A stretch of DNA of 64,000 nucleotides from Candidatus Nealsonbacteria bacterium (GCA_030612885.1 JAUWMZ010000001.1:83193-147192), one strand, 5' to 3'. Positions 48,605 to 58,127 are shown, numbered from the stretch's first letter. A program made the numbers and translations. The notes: generated by a model not told the origin, from the letters alone.

Positions 48605-49855
48605 ATGGAAAACAAACTTTGGCATACAAATAAACTAATCTGTGGTGATAATTTAGGAGAATTAACTAAACTTCCTAAAGAAAGCGTAGATTTAATTTAT
48701 ATTGACCCTCCATTTTTTACTCATAGGCAATATGAGGTAATTTGGGGAGATGAGGCAGAAGTTAGAAGTTTTGAAGATAGATGGGAGGGTGGAATAGAAC
48801 ATTACATTAGTTGGCTAAAACCGAGAGTGCAAGCAATGTATGAGGTTTTAAAACCTACTGGCTCTTTTTATTTACATTGCGACTGGCACGCTAACGCTTA
48901 TATCAAGATTATGCTAGACGAGATATTTGGTGGGAAAAATTTTAGAAATGAAATCGTATGGTGCTATTCTACAAGTGGACGGGGCAAAAGAGAATTTTCT
49001 AAAAAACACGACATAATTTTCTTTTATTCAAAAACAGACAATTATTTTTGGAATGAAAAAGAAGTAAGTATCCCATATTCCAATGAATATATTAAATCTC
49101 ATTTTAAAAATAAAGATAAAAACGGTAAGATTTGTAGAAAAAGATTTGATGCTGGTAAGTGGAGAATTTATTACCCAGACGAGGGAATGATACCAAATGA
49201 TTGGTGGGAAATACCTTATGTGAACTCTATGGCGAAAGAACGAGTAGGTTATCCGACTCAGAAGCCAGAGGCTCTTTTAGAACGAATTATAAAAGCCTCC
49301 TCAAAAAAGGGTAATGTAGTATTGGATGGCTTCTGTGGATGCGGGACCGCTTTAGCGGTAGCTCAAAAATTAGGTAGAAAGTGGATAGGAATAGATATAT
49401 CACCGACTGCTATAAAGATAATAGAAAGAAGATTAGCTAAAACTCTTCATACCGTAAAAGATATTAACTATATCAGTATAGGGATGCCGACTACCATAAA
49501 AGAGCTAAAAGAGTTAAAACCGTTTGAGTTCCAAAATTGGGTTATTGATGAAATGAGAGCAAATCAGAGCAGAAAAAAAGTAGGAGATATGGGATTAGAT
49601 GGTTATTATCCTAAAAGCGTTTTAACTGAATCAGCAGGAATACAGGTAAAGCAGTCCGATGGAGTAGGACGAAATGTTGTAGATAATTTTGAGACTGCAC
49701 TTAAAAGGGCAAAATACAAAAAAGGATATATTATAGCATTCAGTTTTAGTAAGGGTGCTTATGAAGAGGTAGCAAGAGCTAAAAATAAAGAAGGGTTAGA
49801 TATAAAACTAATTACAGTTGAAGAATTACTAAGTAAAAAGAAACCTATTATTTAA
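48605..49855 (+). CDS. Beta-class N6/N4 DNA methyltransferase fused to a C-terminal Mrr-cat-like (PD-(D/E)xK) domain
   Basis: Motif IV DLIYIDPPFF precedes motif I VLDGFCGCGTALAVA; the C-terminus GDMGLDGYY...IQVKQ...GYIIAFSFSKGAYEEV fits the Mrr_cat pattern. Confidence 0.65.
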   Translation: MENKLWHTNKLICGDNLGELTKLPKESVDLIYIDPPFFTHRQYEVIWGDEAEVRSFEDRWEGGIEHYISWLKPRVQAMYEVLKPTGSFYLHCDWHANAYIKIMLDEIFGGKNFRNEIVWCYSTSGRGKREFSKKHDIIFFYSKTDNYFWNEKEVSIPYSNEYIKSHFKNKDKNGKICRKRFDAGKWRIYYPDEGMIPNDWWEIPYVNSMAKERVGYPTQKPEALLERIIKASSKKGNVVLDGFCGCGTALAVAQKLGRKWIGIDISPTAIKIIERRLAKTLHTVKDINYISIGMPTTIKELKELKPFEFQNWVIDEMRANQSRKKVGDMGLDGYYPKSVLTESAGIQVKQSDGVGRNVVDNFETALKRAKYKKGYIIAFSFSKGAYEEVARAKNKEGLDIKLITVEELLSKKKPII

Positions 49856-49909
49856 ACAACAATATTAAATAAAAGAATGTTTTAAACATAAAGATAAAAA
49901 ATTAAACTT

Positions 49910-50290
49910 ATGGATACAAAAGAGGAAATAGAATATAAAATCTTACGGAATGAGAAACATCTTGAAATAATGGATGAACATATTGACCACCTTCATATAT
50001 TTATTGGGATTAACAGAAAAATGATAAAGTGGATTTCTTTTTTTATTTTTATTTCTTTCTTCTTAATATTTTTTTTATATCTTTTTGGAAATAAAGTAAT
50101 AGTCCATTTTTACCTTTTTGAACCTCATATTGCTTTTAGTATTACTACAGGACAACTTTCGGTAATAGTAGAAATAATTACTCTAATATCTGTAATAATC
50201 GTTTTTATTTCTCAAATAAAACTTTCAAAGCTTAAAGAAAAACAATGGAAAGAAATTATTAAAAAGATTAAAAGTATTTCATTAAAATGA
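49910..50290 (+). CDS. Membrane protein
   Basis: Multiple hydrophobic helices. Confidence 0.3.
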   Translation: MDTKEEIEYKILRNEKHLEIMDEHIDHLHIFIGINRKMIKWISFFIFISFFLIFFLYLFGNKVIVHFYLFEPHIAFSITTGQLSVIVEIITLISVIIVFISQIKLSKLKEKQWKEIIKKIKSISLK

Positions 50291-50378
50291 GTGGAGATTT
50301 TACAATAACTAATAAATGACTGAGCTGACAGAGAGAGGGGTATAACAAATAGACTTTTAATTCGGCTACTTGTTTTAT

Positions 50379-50858
50379 TTAAACAACATATCTGATAAAT
50401 AAATTAAACCCCGTATGTATTGTAATTGCTATTAAAAGCCCTGAAATGGGCTTGTTTTTCTTTATAAAATAACAAATAACTCCAGCAGTGATAATGTGCA
50501 GTCCAATAACCATACTTGAACTTATTGAATTTAACTCCACATCTTTTGCTAAATAGTGCATAAAGTTTTCAGTTCCACCCCAACCAAGACCTAAAAAGAA
50601 ACCATAAGGGAATTTTCCAATTTCCCATTTTTTAATAAGTAAAAATTTAGTCCCCTCTTCTACAAAGCTATTGAAAAGTAAAAATGAAAATATCCATAAA
50701 AATACAGGAGGTAAAAAAATAAAAACAAGGTAGTTAGAGAGAAAGAAAAGGACATATAAAGTGCTGAAACCACATACACCGCCAAAGAAGGCAATTAGAA
50801 TGGTATAGATATAGTTTTTCATTAGTTTTATTAAAAATAGAAACTCATCGCTGAGCAA
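50379..50858 (-). CDS. CPBP/Abi-family intramembrane protease-like protein
   Basis: EEGTK, FMHY and HTGFN motifs in TM helices. Confidence 0.4.
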   Translation of the reverse strand: MLSDEFLFLIKLMKNYIYTILIAFFGGVCGFSTLYVLFFLSNYLVFIFLPPVFLWIFSFLLFNSFVEEGTKFLLIKKWEIGKFPYGFFLGLGWGGTENFMHYLAKDVELNSISSSMVIGLHIITAGVICYFIKKNKPISGLLIAITIHTGFNLFIRYVV

Positions 50859-51024
50859 ATTTTATTTGAAACATTTTAATTATATTTTTCATTACTTCTT
50901 TACAACTTCTTTACAATTTTATTTTAATTTATATTATTTTTAGCTATTTTCAAGGTTGTATTGAATTCTCTTGACAGGGTTGCTATAATAATTATAGAGT
51001 ATATTAGACTGTGAATAACTAAAA

Positions 51025-51573
51025 TTGTATAATTTTATGGAATCTCAAAAAAAATTTGATAAAAATACACTTGCTATAATATTTTATCTCATCCATAGAT
51101 TAGATGGCATTTTAGGTAAAACGCATCTTCAAAAGTTGTTATTTTTGGTTGATTTATTTGCTATAAGAAAGTTGGAACAGCAAATAACAGTAATGAAATA
51201 TAAAAGATACCTTCACGGTCCTTATTCTTCTATATTAGACGAATATACGAATCATTTATCAGAATTAGGACACATAGAGGCTAAAGAATTTCCTTATAAT
51301 AGAGGTAAAAAGCCAAAAATTTATACAAGATATTACTCCAAGAAAAATATCTCTATTAGAGAGGAATTGTTAAATTTAATCGGTGCAGATAAATTATTGA
51401 TAGTTGATGAAGTTGCTGACTCTTTTGGAAATATTAGTCTTCAGAAATTGCTTGATATAGTTTATAATTTGCCAATTATGAAAAATTCTGAAATAAACGA
51501 TATCTTAGATTTTACAAAGAAGATTGGCAAACCAACCAATAATGAAGAAGAAGATAGCTTGTCCTTTGAGTAA
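51025..51573 (+). CDS. Panacea-domain (SocA/DUF4065) antitoxin-like protein
   Basis: THLQKLLFLVDLFAIRK...YKRYLHGPYSS signature. Confidence 0.6.
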   Translation: MYNFMESQKKFDKNTLAIIFYLIHRLDGILGKTHLQKLLFLVDLFAIRKLEQQITVMKYKRYLHGPYSSILDEYTNHLSELGHIEAKEFPYNRGKKPKIYTRYYSKKNISIREELLNLIGADKLLIVDEVADSFGNISLQKLLDIVYNLPIMKNSEINDILDFTKKIGKPTNNEEEDSLSFE

Positions 51574-51576
51574 TTT

Positions 51577-52029
51577 ATGTTTAATTTCAAAAAATGGGAC
51601 ATATTATTTATTCCCAAGTTTCCTGAGATGATACAGTGTTCTAATTCTCGGTGTGGGAGAAATTTCTCTATTTCTAATTATTCTTGTCCTTATTGTGGTG
51701 CTGATAATTTAATAAGTAATATCGTTTCAAAATCCAGACCAATCATTCTTTGGTTAGACCAATCGTATTGGTTTCAAAGTATGGCATTCGCTATCCCTCT
51801 TTCAAAAAGTAGGATTTATTCAGATAGGTTAAATGAAGTTATAAAATTAACAGATTATCAATTTCTGCACACAGATACTATTTATAGAGAACCTATGAGA
51901 GCAATCATCCATCAATCTACTAGAATTGATGGTAATGTGCTTTCTAATAATAGGATTATAGGTAAGATTACAAACAGAGTATCACAAGATAAGATTGAAA
52001 ATAAGTTATTAAACTGGATATTTCCGTAA
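51577..52029 (+). CDS. MazF/PemK-like toxin with a zinc-ribbon insertion
   Basis: WDILFIP...SKSRPIILW...AIPLSKS...AIIHQSTRIDGNVL follows the PemK/MazF motif order; CxxxC...CxxC inserted in loop 1; gene starts 3 nt after the Panacea gene. Confidence 0.5.
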   Translation: MFNFKKWDILFIPKFPEMIQCSNSRCGRNFSISNYSCPYCGADNLISNIVSKSRPIILWLDQSYWFQSMAFAIPLSKSRIYSDRLNEVIKLTDYQFLHTDTIYREPMRAIIHQSTRIDGNVLSNNRIIGKITNRVSQDKIENKLLNWIFP

Positions 52030-52201
52030 TTTTTAATGAGATTATTATTCAAATGCAATGCTGAAATTATTTTGAAAGATTTTTAAATTTTCTGTTATTC
52101 TATTCCCAATCTAATGTTCTAAATGCGTCCAGTATAGGGAGCCCAAATAAAATCCCTCTCAATAAGAGGGATTTTATCTTTATTAGATTTTCACTTCCAA
52201 T

Positions 52202-52336
52202 TCAAACCTTAATAAATTGTTGGGACATTGTCCGTAGTTTATTAAAAGAGCGGAGGCCAAAAGAGACATCCACTTCTACTTCAATGATTTGAGCGTCTAA
52301 ATCTACAATAGCAGATGAGAGAACTTTAGAAGGCAT
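52202..52336 (-). CDS. comM: Displaced 5' fragment of comM (44 codons; not in the ORF track)
   Basis: My own translation MPSKVLSSAIVDLDAQIIEVEVDVSFGLRSFN matches the ComM N-terminal consensus, then diverges and stops. Confidence 0.65.
   Translation of the reverse strand: MPSKVLSSAIVDLDAQIIEVEVDVSFGLRSFNKLRTMSQQFIKV
52240..52253. other. attR core of the comM-integrated element
   Basis: tattaaaagagcgg versus attL tattaagggaggcg. Confidence 0.6.
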
Positions 52337-52415
52337 GTTATTTAATATTAATACATCAAGAAAGAGTTGTCTATGCTAAGCTTGACTTTTTGTAAAATAA
52401 TTGTAAGATATTGAA

Positions 52416-53561
52416 TTGGAAGTGAAGAGAATGAAAATGAGAAAAACCAGCTCTTTTGAAATTAAAGTAATATTAGTAGTTTTACTAATATTAATAGGAA
52501 CACTATTGATTCCAGTGAAAGCAGCAGAAAGAACTTATCATTCCCAGGAGATGATAGTAAGCGAATTTAAAGTAAGCAGCTCGTCCAAAGTGATGAGTTC
52601 TAACGAAACTAACATAGGATTATTAAGGGTGGAAGTAATTGAAGGAGAAAAGGTGCAAATCAGATTCAAAGCGATTGTCAGCTGTGGCAGCGGAGCAGAT
52701 GCTTTTATAATAGGCCCCAAAAGAGAAATAGAGGTAGTTCAATTTTCAGTTACCCGTTCTCGTTCTAGTATTGCAGAAGGCGCTTGTCAGATAACCGGAA
52801 CGCTTACTTTCCCGGGAGAGTCAAGGTACTATACGATTCTTTTTCTCTCAACCGGAGATGACGGAAAGTATGGCAGGGACATAGACAGGCAGGAGTTTAT
52901 AGACGAGTATAAAGAAGGAATTCCCGGAAAAACCGCAGAGCAGATAATAGAGATAATCAAAGCCAATTCAGCGGACATGACTTGGAGCGGAGATTCATCT
53001 GCCCAAAAAGAACTGAACATAAGAATCGGGCGGCCTAAGATAAAATCAATAGAAGTGGAATGGAGAAATGACAAAACAGGCAAAATAAGAATTAAGGGAG
53101 AGACGAATTTTCCCAAAGGAGATATCTGGCTGACCTTTTCCAGACCAGGATTGAGTGTATCCAAAAAAACTTATATCCGTTGGGATAGAACTTTTGTCTC
53201 AACAATCGAAGACAAAACATTTCAGAAAGAAGGCATTTACCATTTAACAGTTGAAACAGAAAAAGGAAACATAGGAGATTTTTCAATGGAACTTGATTTA
53301 GAGAACAAGTCCATTGTTTCCTTTCAGTCAGAATTTGATCCAGCAGTACAAGTAACAATTAAAAGAAAACCATTACCAACTCCAAGACCAACGCCTACTC
53401 CAAGACCATCTGCCACGCCTAAGCCAGTTATGACTCCAAAACCAAAAAAAACCCCTGAACCAACACCAAAAACAGAGATCAACGCTATGGATGTTGGAAT
53501 AGGAGTTTTAACAGCAGTATTTTTAGTGTTCCTAAAAAAAAGAAAAAAATATTCGGGCTAA
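52416..53561 (+). CDS. Surface protein with a PT-rich linker and a C-terminal membrane anchor
   Basis: Signal or TM; PTPRPTPTPRPSATPKPVMTPKPKKTPEPTPK; C-terminal hydrophobic helix plus KKRKK. Confidence 0.45.
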   Translation: MEVKRMKMRKTSSFEIKVILVVLLILIGTLLIPVKAAERTYHSQEMIVSEFKVSSSSKVMSSNETNIGLLRVEVIEGEKVQIRFKAIVSCGSGADAFIIGPKREIEVVQFSVTRSRSSIAEGACQITGTLTFPGESRYYTILFLSTGDDGKYGRDIDRQEFIDEYKEGIPGKTAEQIIEIIKANSADMTWSGDSSAQKELNIRIGRPKIKSIEVEWRNDKTGKIRIKGETNFPKGDIWLTFSRPGLSVSKKTYIRWDRTFVSTIEDKTFQKEGIYHLTVETEKGNIGDFSMELDLENKSIVSFQSEFDPAVQVTIKRKPLPTPRPTPTPRPSATPKPVMTPKPKKTPEPTPKTEINAMDVGIGVLTAVFLVFLKKRKKYSG

Positions 53562-53579
53562 AACCCGATTTTTTTTAAT

Positions 53580-55664
53580 TCACTGAATTTTTCCTTCTTT
53601 TACAGAAGGATCATCCGGCAGGCTGGTATCTATTGATTCATCTTCTGCAGATATAGTTTCTCCAGTCCATTGATCTTGCCCTAAAGCTGAGACTCCGCTT
53701 ATTAATTGAGCTACTTTTTCTTTCTGGCTTAGAGTAGGCGTAAAACTGATTTGAAATGCTGCTGTCAACGGGTCAGAAAGAATTCCGCTGCCCGGTTCTA
53801 TTTTTTCTATTTCCCAAATTATCTCTTTAGAAATAGCCGGTATTCCCTGAGTTAATAATTCATTGAGCTTTAATCTGGTAAATTTATCAACATAACCAGT
53901 GGGTTCTTTAAAATTTTGGGGCGCTAAAATTTCCTTTTCATATTTCTTTTGGAATTCCATTATTGAATTAAGAGTAATGCGGCCGAAATAGCCGGTAGTT
54001 GGAACATCTTTATCAAAAGCATCAGGAACTTCTTTTTTAAAAATAATCTGTAAATATTTAACTTCATATGATTGTGTTTTGTAAGTTAAATTATTTTCAA
54101 AGCTAAAATCAGCTGGGATTCCCGGATAGACTGATTCTCTGGCGCTAAATTCTCCTTTTATATTTATTTTTCCTTGAGAACAATGAGTGCTTTTGATATT
54201 AGCTTGAACAGGAAGAAAGGCCTTGATTGCTACATCTTTTACTAAAGAATAATAATTCTTAATTTTCCAAACTATGGTATAAGTAGTAGTTTTATTTACT
54301 TCAGGGGGAAATCCGATGTTTTCAAAAAAACCGTATTTATCTTTATAATACCCTTCCTGTTGAATTTCTATTTTTGAGTTGACCTTATTAGTAAATTCTT
54401 TTTCAAACTCTCCTAATAATACATTGTTTCTTATAACAAGATTGATTTCAGATGTTTCTTTTGGCGTATAATCAGGCTTCAACCTTATCCAGAATTCTAC
54501 TTTTGCTTCTTCTTTTGGCTGGAAATAGCGAAGTTCAGAAATGGTCTCTCCATTCCAGGTAATTGAATTATCACCTGCTTTGTTTTCCCCTTTTGGACAT
54601 TCTATAGTAGATAAATCATATAAATCTTCTTCTAATGTAGAGATTAAAACCAAATCTCTAAAAGATTTTTCATCTATATTTTTAAAATAAATTTGATAAT
54701 GCAGCATTTCACCGGGTGAAGCAATGTATTCTGATTGATTGTTTATTTCTTGAGAGATTGAAAAAACGGGCTTATAGGTTAGAGATTTTTTTACTGTTTC
54801 CTTCAACAAGGTTTTCTCTCCGCGAATAGTGGTAAATAGCCGGACAACAAAGGTCATTTCTCTTCCAATTTCTTGTTGTCCCAAAAATTCTCCTCTGACT
54901 TCAATTTCTCCAGTTTCATTTTTTTCTAATACAGGGATATTCCATTGATTTTCTTCTATTGCTTCGGGCCGAGATTCTTTTAAATTAAAATCTGGAGGAG
55001 AATTTATTTCCAATTTTAAGTTATCAAGAGAATAGTCAATAAAAGAGCAATATCTTATTTTAAATTTAAATTCGTTTTTTGTTTCCGGAGAAATAGGAAT
55101 TTTGGAAGGAATATCCAGTTCTAAATCTATAGGAATTTCTGAAAGTTGGGTAGAAAATGTGGAAATTTCTGACATTTGAGTGACAGAGCTATGTTTTGTT
55201 TTATAATTCAGCCAGGACCTGACATTTCCTTTTTCGCCTTCGCTTCCAAAAATCCTGGTTTCAAAAGTAAATTTTTTTTCTTCTTTAGGATAAAGGAAAT
55301 TTCCAAATTTATCCGATGCTATACTTTCCATAGCTTCTCCTTTTTCCGGGAGAGAAAAGTCAGGGTGGTTAAAAATGAGTTCCGGATTTTCTATTATAAC
55401 ATTGCCAGTATTTTTACAGCTCACGGTATATGTAATTAATTCTCCTGCTTTTGCCGTTTCCGGCCCGGAGATTTTTATTTCCATATTTATTTCAGGTGTC
55501 AGGAATTCTAAAATCAGCACTATAAAAACTAAAAAAATAGAGAAAATTAAAACGCCTCCCAACAAAGTCGTTTTAATAGCCAAAGATTCAGAGGCAAAAA
55601 CATCTTTTCCTTCTTTTGGAGAGCTTATTAATTCTTTTACTTTTTTAAGAAAATCTATATTCAC
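53580..55664 (-). CDS. Large extracellular repeat protein with a C-terminal putative peptidoglycan-binding domain
   Basis: N-terminal TM; Ig-like repeat region; PG_binding_1-like GYFGRITLNSIMEFQKKYEKEI...PTGYVDKFTRLKLNELL. Confidence 0.45.
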   Translation of the reverse strand: MNIDFLKKVKELISSPKEGKDVFASESLAIKTTLLGGVLIFSIFLVFIVLILEFLTPEINMEIKISGPETAKAGELITYTVSCKNTGNVIIENPELIFNHPDFSLPEKGEAMESIASDKFGNFLYPKEEKKFTFETRIFGSEGEKGNVRSWLNYKTKHSSVTQMSEISTFSTQLSEIPIDLELDIPSKIPISPETKNEFKFKIRYCSFIDYSLDNLKLEINSPPDFNLKESRPEAIEENQWNIPVLEKNETGEIEVRGEFLGQQEIGREMTFVVRLFTTIRGEKTLLKETVKKSLTYKPVFSISQEINNQSEYIASPGEMLHYQIYFKNIDEKSFRDLVLISTLEEDLYDLSTIECPKGENKAGDNSITWNGETISELRYFQPKEEAKVEFWIRLKPDYTPKETSEINLVIRNNVLLGEFEKEFTNKVNSKIEIQQEGYYKDKYGFFENIGFPPEVNKTTTYTIVWKIKNYYSLVKDVAIKAFLPVQANIKSTHCSQGKINIKGEFSARESVYPGIPADFSFENNLTYKTQSYEVKYLQIIFKKEVPDAFDKDVPTTGYFGRITLNSIMEFQKKYEKEILAPQNFKEPTGYVDKFTRLKLNELLTQGIPAISKEIIWEIEKIEPGSGILSDPLTAAFQISFTPTLSQKEKVAQLISGVSALGQDQWTGETISAEDESIDTSLPDDPSVKEGKIQ

Positions 55665-55678
55665 ATTCCTTAATTATA

Positions 55679-56035
55679 TCATTTTTTACACTTATTGCAG
55701 GCTCTTGCTTCAGGAAAGATTTTAAGCCGGTCTTTGGGAATTAGTTTTCCGCATTTCTCACATTTTCCGTATCTGCTTTTTTCAATCTTTTCCAGGGCTA
55801 AACTAATATCTCTGAGTTTTAATTCCAAACTAAATTCAATAGGAAGACGAGTGGAATATTCTTCAACTTCGTCTGCCGCTTCTTCTAAATCTCCTTTGTC
55901 AAATTGAGGAAACAAACTGTCCCAATCCCCTTTTAGTTTTGGATCTTTTTTAGCAAAACCTTCCAGCTCTTTTTCAATAGCTGTTTTTTCTTTTTCTAAT
56001 CTTTCTTTGATTTCTTTGAGAAATTTCTTATCCAT
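55679..56035 (-). CDS. DksA/TraR-family C4 zinc-finger protein (start taken at the internal Met)
   Basis: Coiled-coil N-terminus; C-terminal CEKCGKLIPKDRLKIFPEARACNKCKK. Confidence 0.55.
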   Translation of the reverse strand: MDKKFLKEIKERLEKEKTAIEKELEGFAKKDPKLKGDWDSLFPQFDKGDLEEAADEVEEYSTRLPIEFSLELKLRDISLALEKIEKSRYGKCEKCGKLIPKDRLKIFPEARACNKCKK

Positions 56036-56040
56036 TTTTG

Positions 56041-58110
56041 CTACTTTATATGTATATACAGATACCAGTACCAGAAGGTGAGGAGAATTCCGAAAAGAGC
56101 AATCACTAATCCTAAAAGCAGCGCTCTTACCCAAACCTTTTGGCTAAAACTTGGTTTTTGAGGAAGAGGACGAAAAATTATTTTTTCTTCGCTTGGTTTC
56201 TCTTCTCTTCCAAAAATTTCTGATGGTTCTTGTTTAATTCTTTTTAAAGTTTCTCTTCTACTTTCTTCTTTCTCCCCCTCTTTTTCCTGTTTTACTCTTG
56301 TTAAATTCAATTGGTATAATCTCTCAATTTCATTTATTTTTTTCAGCAGCTGCTCTTTCTGGACTTCTATATCCCATCTTTCGTTTTCTGTTTGTTCCCT
56401 TCTTTTTCCTGCTTCCCTTCTTTCTCTTTCAATTTGTCTTCTCTGCTTTTCATTGACGGTTTCTTTTTCTTTAGCGCTGATTATTTCTATCTGTTTTTCT
56501 ATTATTCTTTCTTTTTCTAAAATATCCTGATGTTTCTTTTCTAAAATGTCTTTCTCTTGCTCAAGTTTATTTTTTTCTTCTTTTAACGCTTTAATTTTTT
56601 GAATTAAATCAAAATGAGAGATTTTTTCTTTTTCTAATCCCTGTTCAATTTTTCTTTTTTCTTGTTCCGATGTTATCATTTTTTCTTCTAATGTTTTCAT
56701 TTTTTCATCTAATCGATTTTTTTCTCCGTTGATGATTTCTATCTCTTCTTGAGATGTTTCTTTTTCTTTTACAGCTAATTCTTCTTTGGCTGTTTTTTGT
56801 TTTCTTTCTAAAGAAAGCATTTTTTCTTCCATAGCTCTTTTCTCCAGACGAGAAGCTTCTTTTAATAATTCTTGCTTTTCTTTTTCCAGGGATTCAACTT
56901 TTTCCTGAAGTTTTTCCTTTTCTTTGTTTCTGACAGCTAATTCTCTTTCAGCTGTCCCCTTTTTTCTCCATAAAGAAAACATCACTTTAAAACGAATTCT
57001 CGCTGTTATTTTTTTAATCTCCAGTCTTAAAGCATTTGTTTCTCCCTCTAATTCAATTTTTTCCTCTCTTAGTTTGTTTATTCTTTTGTCTAATTGGCTT
57101 TTCTCTATTGATAAAGCATCTTTTTCCTCTCTTAATAATCTGACATTTTCTTTGAGTTTTTCTTTTTCGCTTTCTTTAATTGTTAATTCTTTTTGAAGAG
57201 CGGTTTCCCTGATTTCAAAAGATGATATTTTCTCTGCCATTGCTTTCTGCTTCTTTTCTAATTGGTTTTTTTCCTGTTTTAGAAGATTTTCTTCTTGTTC
57301 TGTGTCTTCTAAGCTTTCCTCTAATCTTTTAAGATTTTCTCCTAATCTATTTATCTTTTCCCCTGTTTCATTTTTCTCTATTGATAAAGCATCTTTTTCC
57401 TCTCTTAATAATCTGACATTTTCTTTGAGTTTTTCTTTTTCGCTTTCTTTAATTGTTAATTCTTTTTGCCAAGCGTCTTCTTTCACAGTATAAGAAGATA
57501 TTTTTTCAACCATTGCTTTCTGCTTTTGCTCTAATTCATTTTTTTCTTTTTCAGTTGTTCTTCTGTCTTCTTCTGCTTTTTTTAAATTTTCTTCTAACTC
57601 AATTGTTTTTTCTTCTAATTCTTTTTTCTTCTCCCTTAATCTTTTTCTTTTTGTCTGAAGTTCTTTTTTTTCTTGAATTAAAACAACCACTTCTTGTTCT
57701 AAAAAATCAATTCTTTTTCTTAATTTTTCTTTGTCATCTTTGATTGGAGCCAAAGAAATTTTAGCTTTTTTTTCTAATTCAATTTCTTTTTTAATTTCCG
57801 GCTTTTTTACTTCTATTGGCTTTATCTCTTGAGGTTTTTTTTTAATTTCTTTTATGGGCTCTAAAATTTCTTTTTCAAGAAATTTTTCAGGAACTTGAGG
57901 GATTTCTATTTCTATTTCTGTTTCTCTATCTTCTAATCCTTCTAAAGGAAGAGACGGAGTTAGGCCTTCAATGTCTTGCCTCATTGTTCTCGGCTTTTCT
58001 TTTTTAAAAAATTTCGGCACTTTTTTTCCCAAAGAAGAAGAAACATCAAAGCCTTGAAGGTCCTTTTCCATCGTCTTGATTTTTTTTAAAAGATATTTTT
58101 TTTCCGGCAT
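56041..58110 (-). CDS. Long coiled-coil E/K-rich protein with a C-terminal TM anchor and a 96-bp internal duplication
   Basis: Heptad-rich sequence; C-terminal hydrophobic segment; 57101-57196 is identical to 57374-57469. Confidence 0.45.
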   Translation of the reverse strand: MPEKKYLLKKIKTMEKDLQGFDVSSSLGKKVPKFFKKEKPRTMRQDIEGLTPSLPLEGLEDRETEIEIEIPQVPEKFLEKEILEPIKEIKKKPQEIKPIEVKKPEIKKEIELEKKAKISLAPIKDDKEKLRKRIDFLEQEVVVLIQEKKELQTKRKRLREKKKELEEKTIELEENLKKAEEDRRTTEKEKNELEQKQKAMVEKISSYTVKEDAWQKELTIKESEKEKLKENVRLLREEKDALSIEKNETGEKINRLGENLKRLEESLEDTEQEENLLKQEKNQLEKKQKAMAEKISSFEIRETALQKELTIKESEKEKLKENVRLLREEKDALSIEKSQLDKRINKLREEKIELEGETNALRLEIKKITARIRFKVMFSLWRKKGTAERELAVRNKEKEKLQEKVESLEKEKQELLKEASRLEKRAMEEKMLSLERKQKTAKEELAVKEKETSQEEIEIINGEKNRLDEKMKTLEEKMITSEQEKRKIEQGLEKEKISHFDLIQKIKALKEEKNKLEQEKDILEKKHQDILEKERIIEKQIEIISAKEKETVNEKQRRQIERERREAGKRREQTENERWDIEVQKEQLLKKINEIERLYQLNLTRVKQEKEGEKEESRRETLKRIKQEPSEIFGREEKPSEEKIIFRPLPQKPSFSQKVWVRALLLGLVIALFGILLTFWYWYLYIHIK

Positions 58111-58127
58111 ATAAACTACGATTGTTT

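Larger units (their letters stand above)
39098..52253. mobile_element. Integrative element of about 13.1 kb inserted into the 5' end of comM
   Basis: comM is split into a 3' body (to 39126) and a 5' fragment at 52202-52336; the junctions share the core tattaagggaggcg (39098-39112) and tattaaaagagcgg (52240-52253); contents include serine recombinases, Xis, iterons plus a Rep-like protein, and TA, MTase and protease cargo. Confidence 0.75.

Noticed and set aside
56036-56134. Extended N-terminus (MGKSAAFRISDCSF...) of the DksA-like ORF
   Set aside because: The extension overlaps the 3' end of the coiled-coil gene and lacks homology. The internal Met (MDKKFLKEIKERLE) gives a typical DksA/TraR-length protein.
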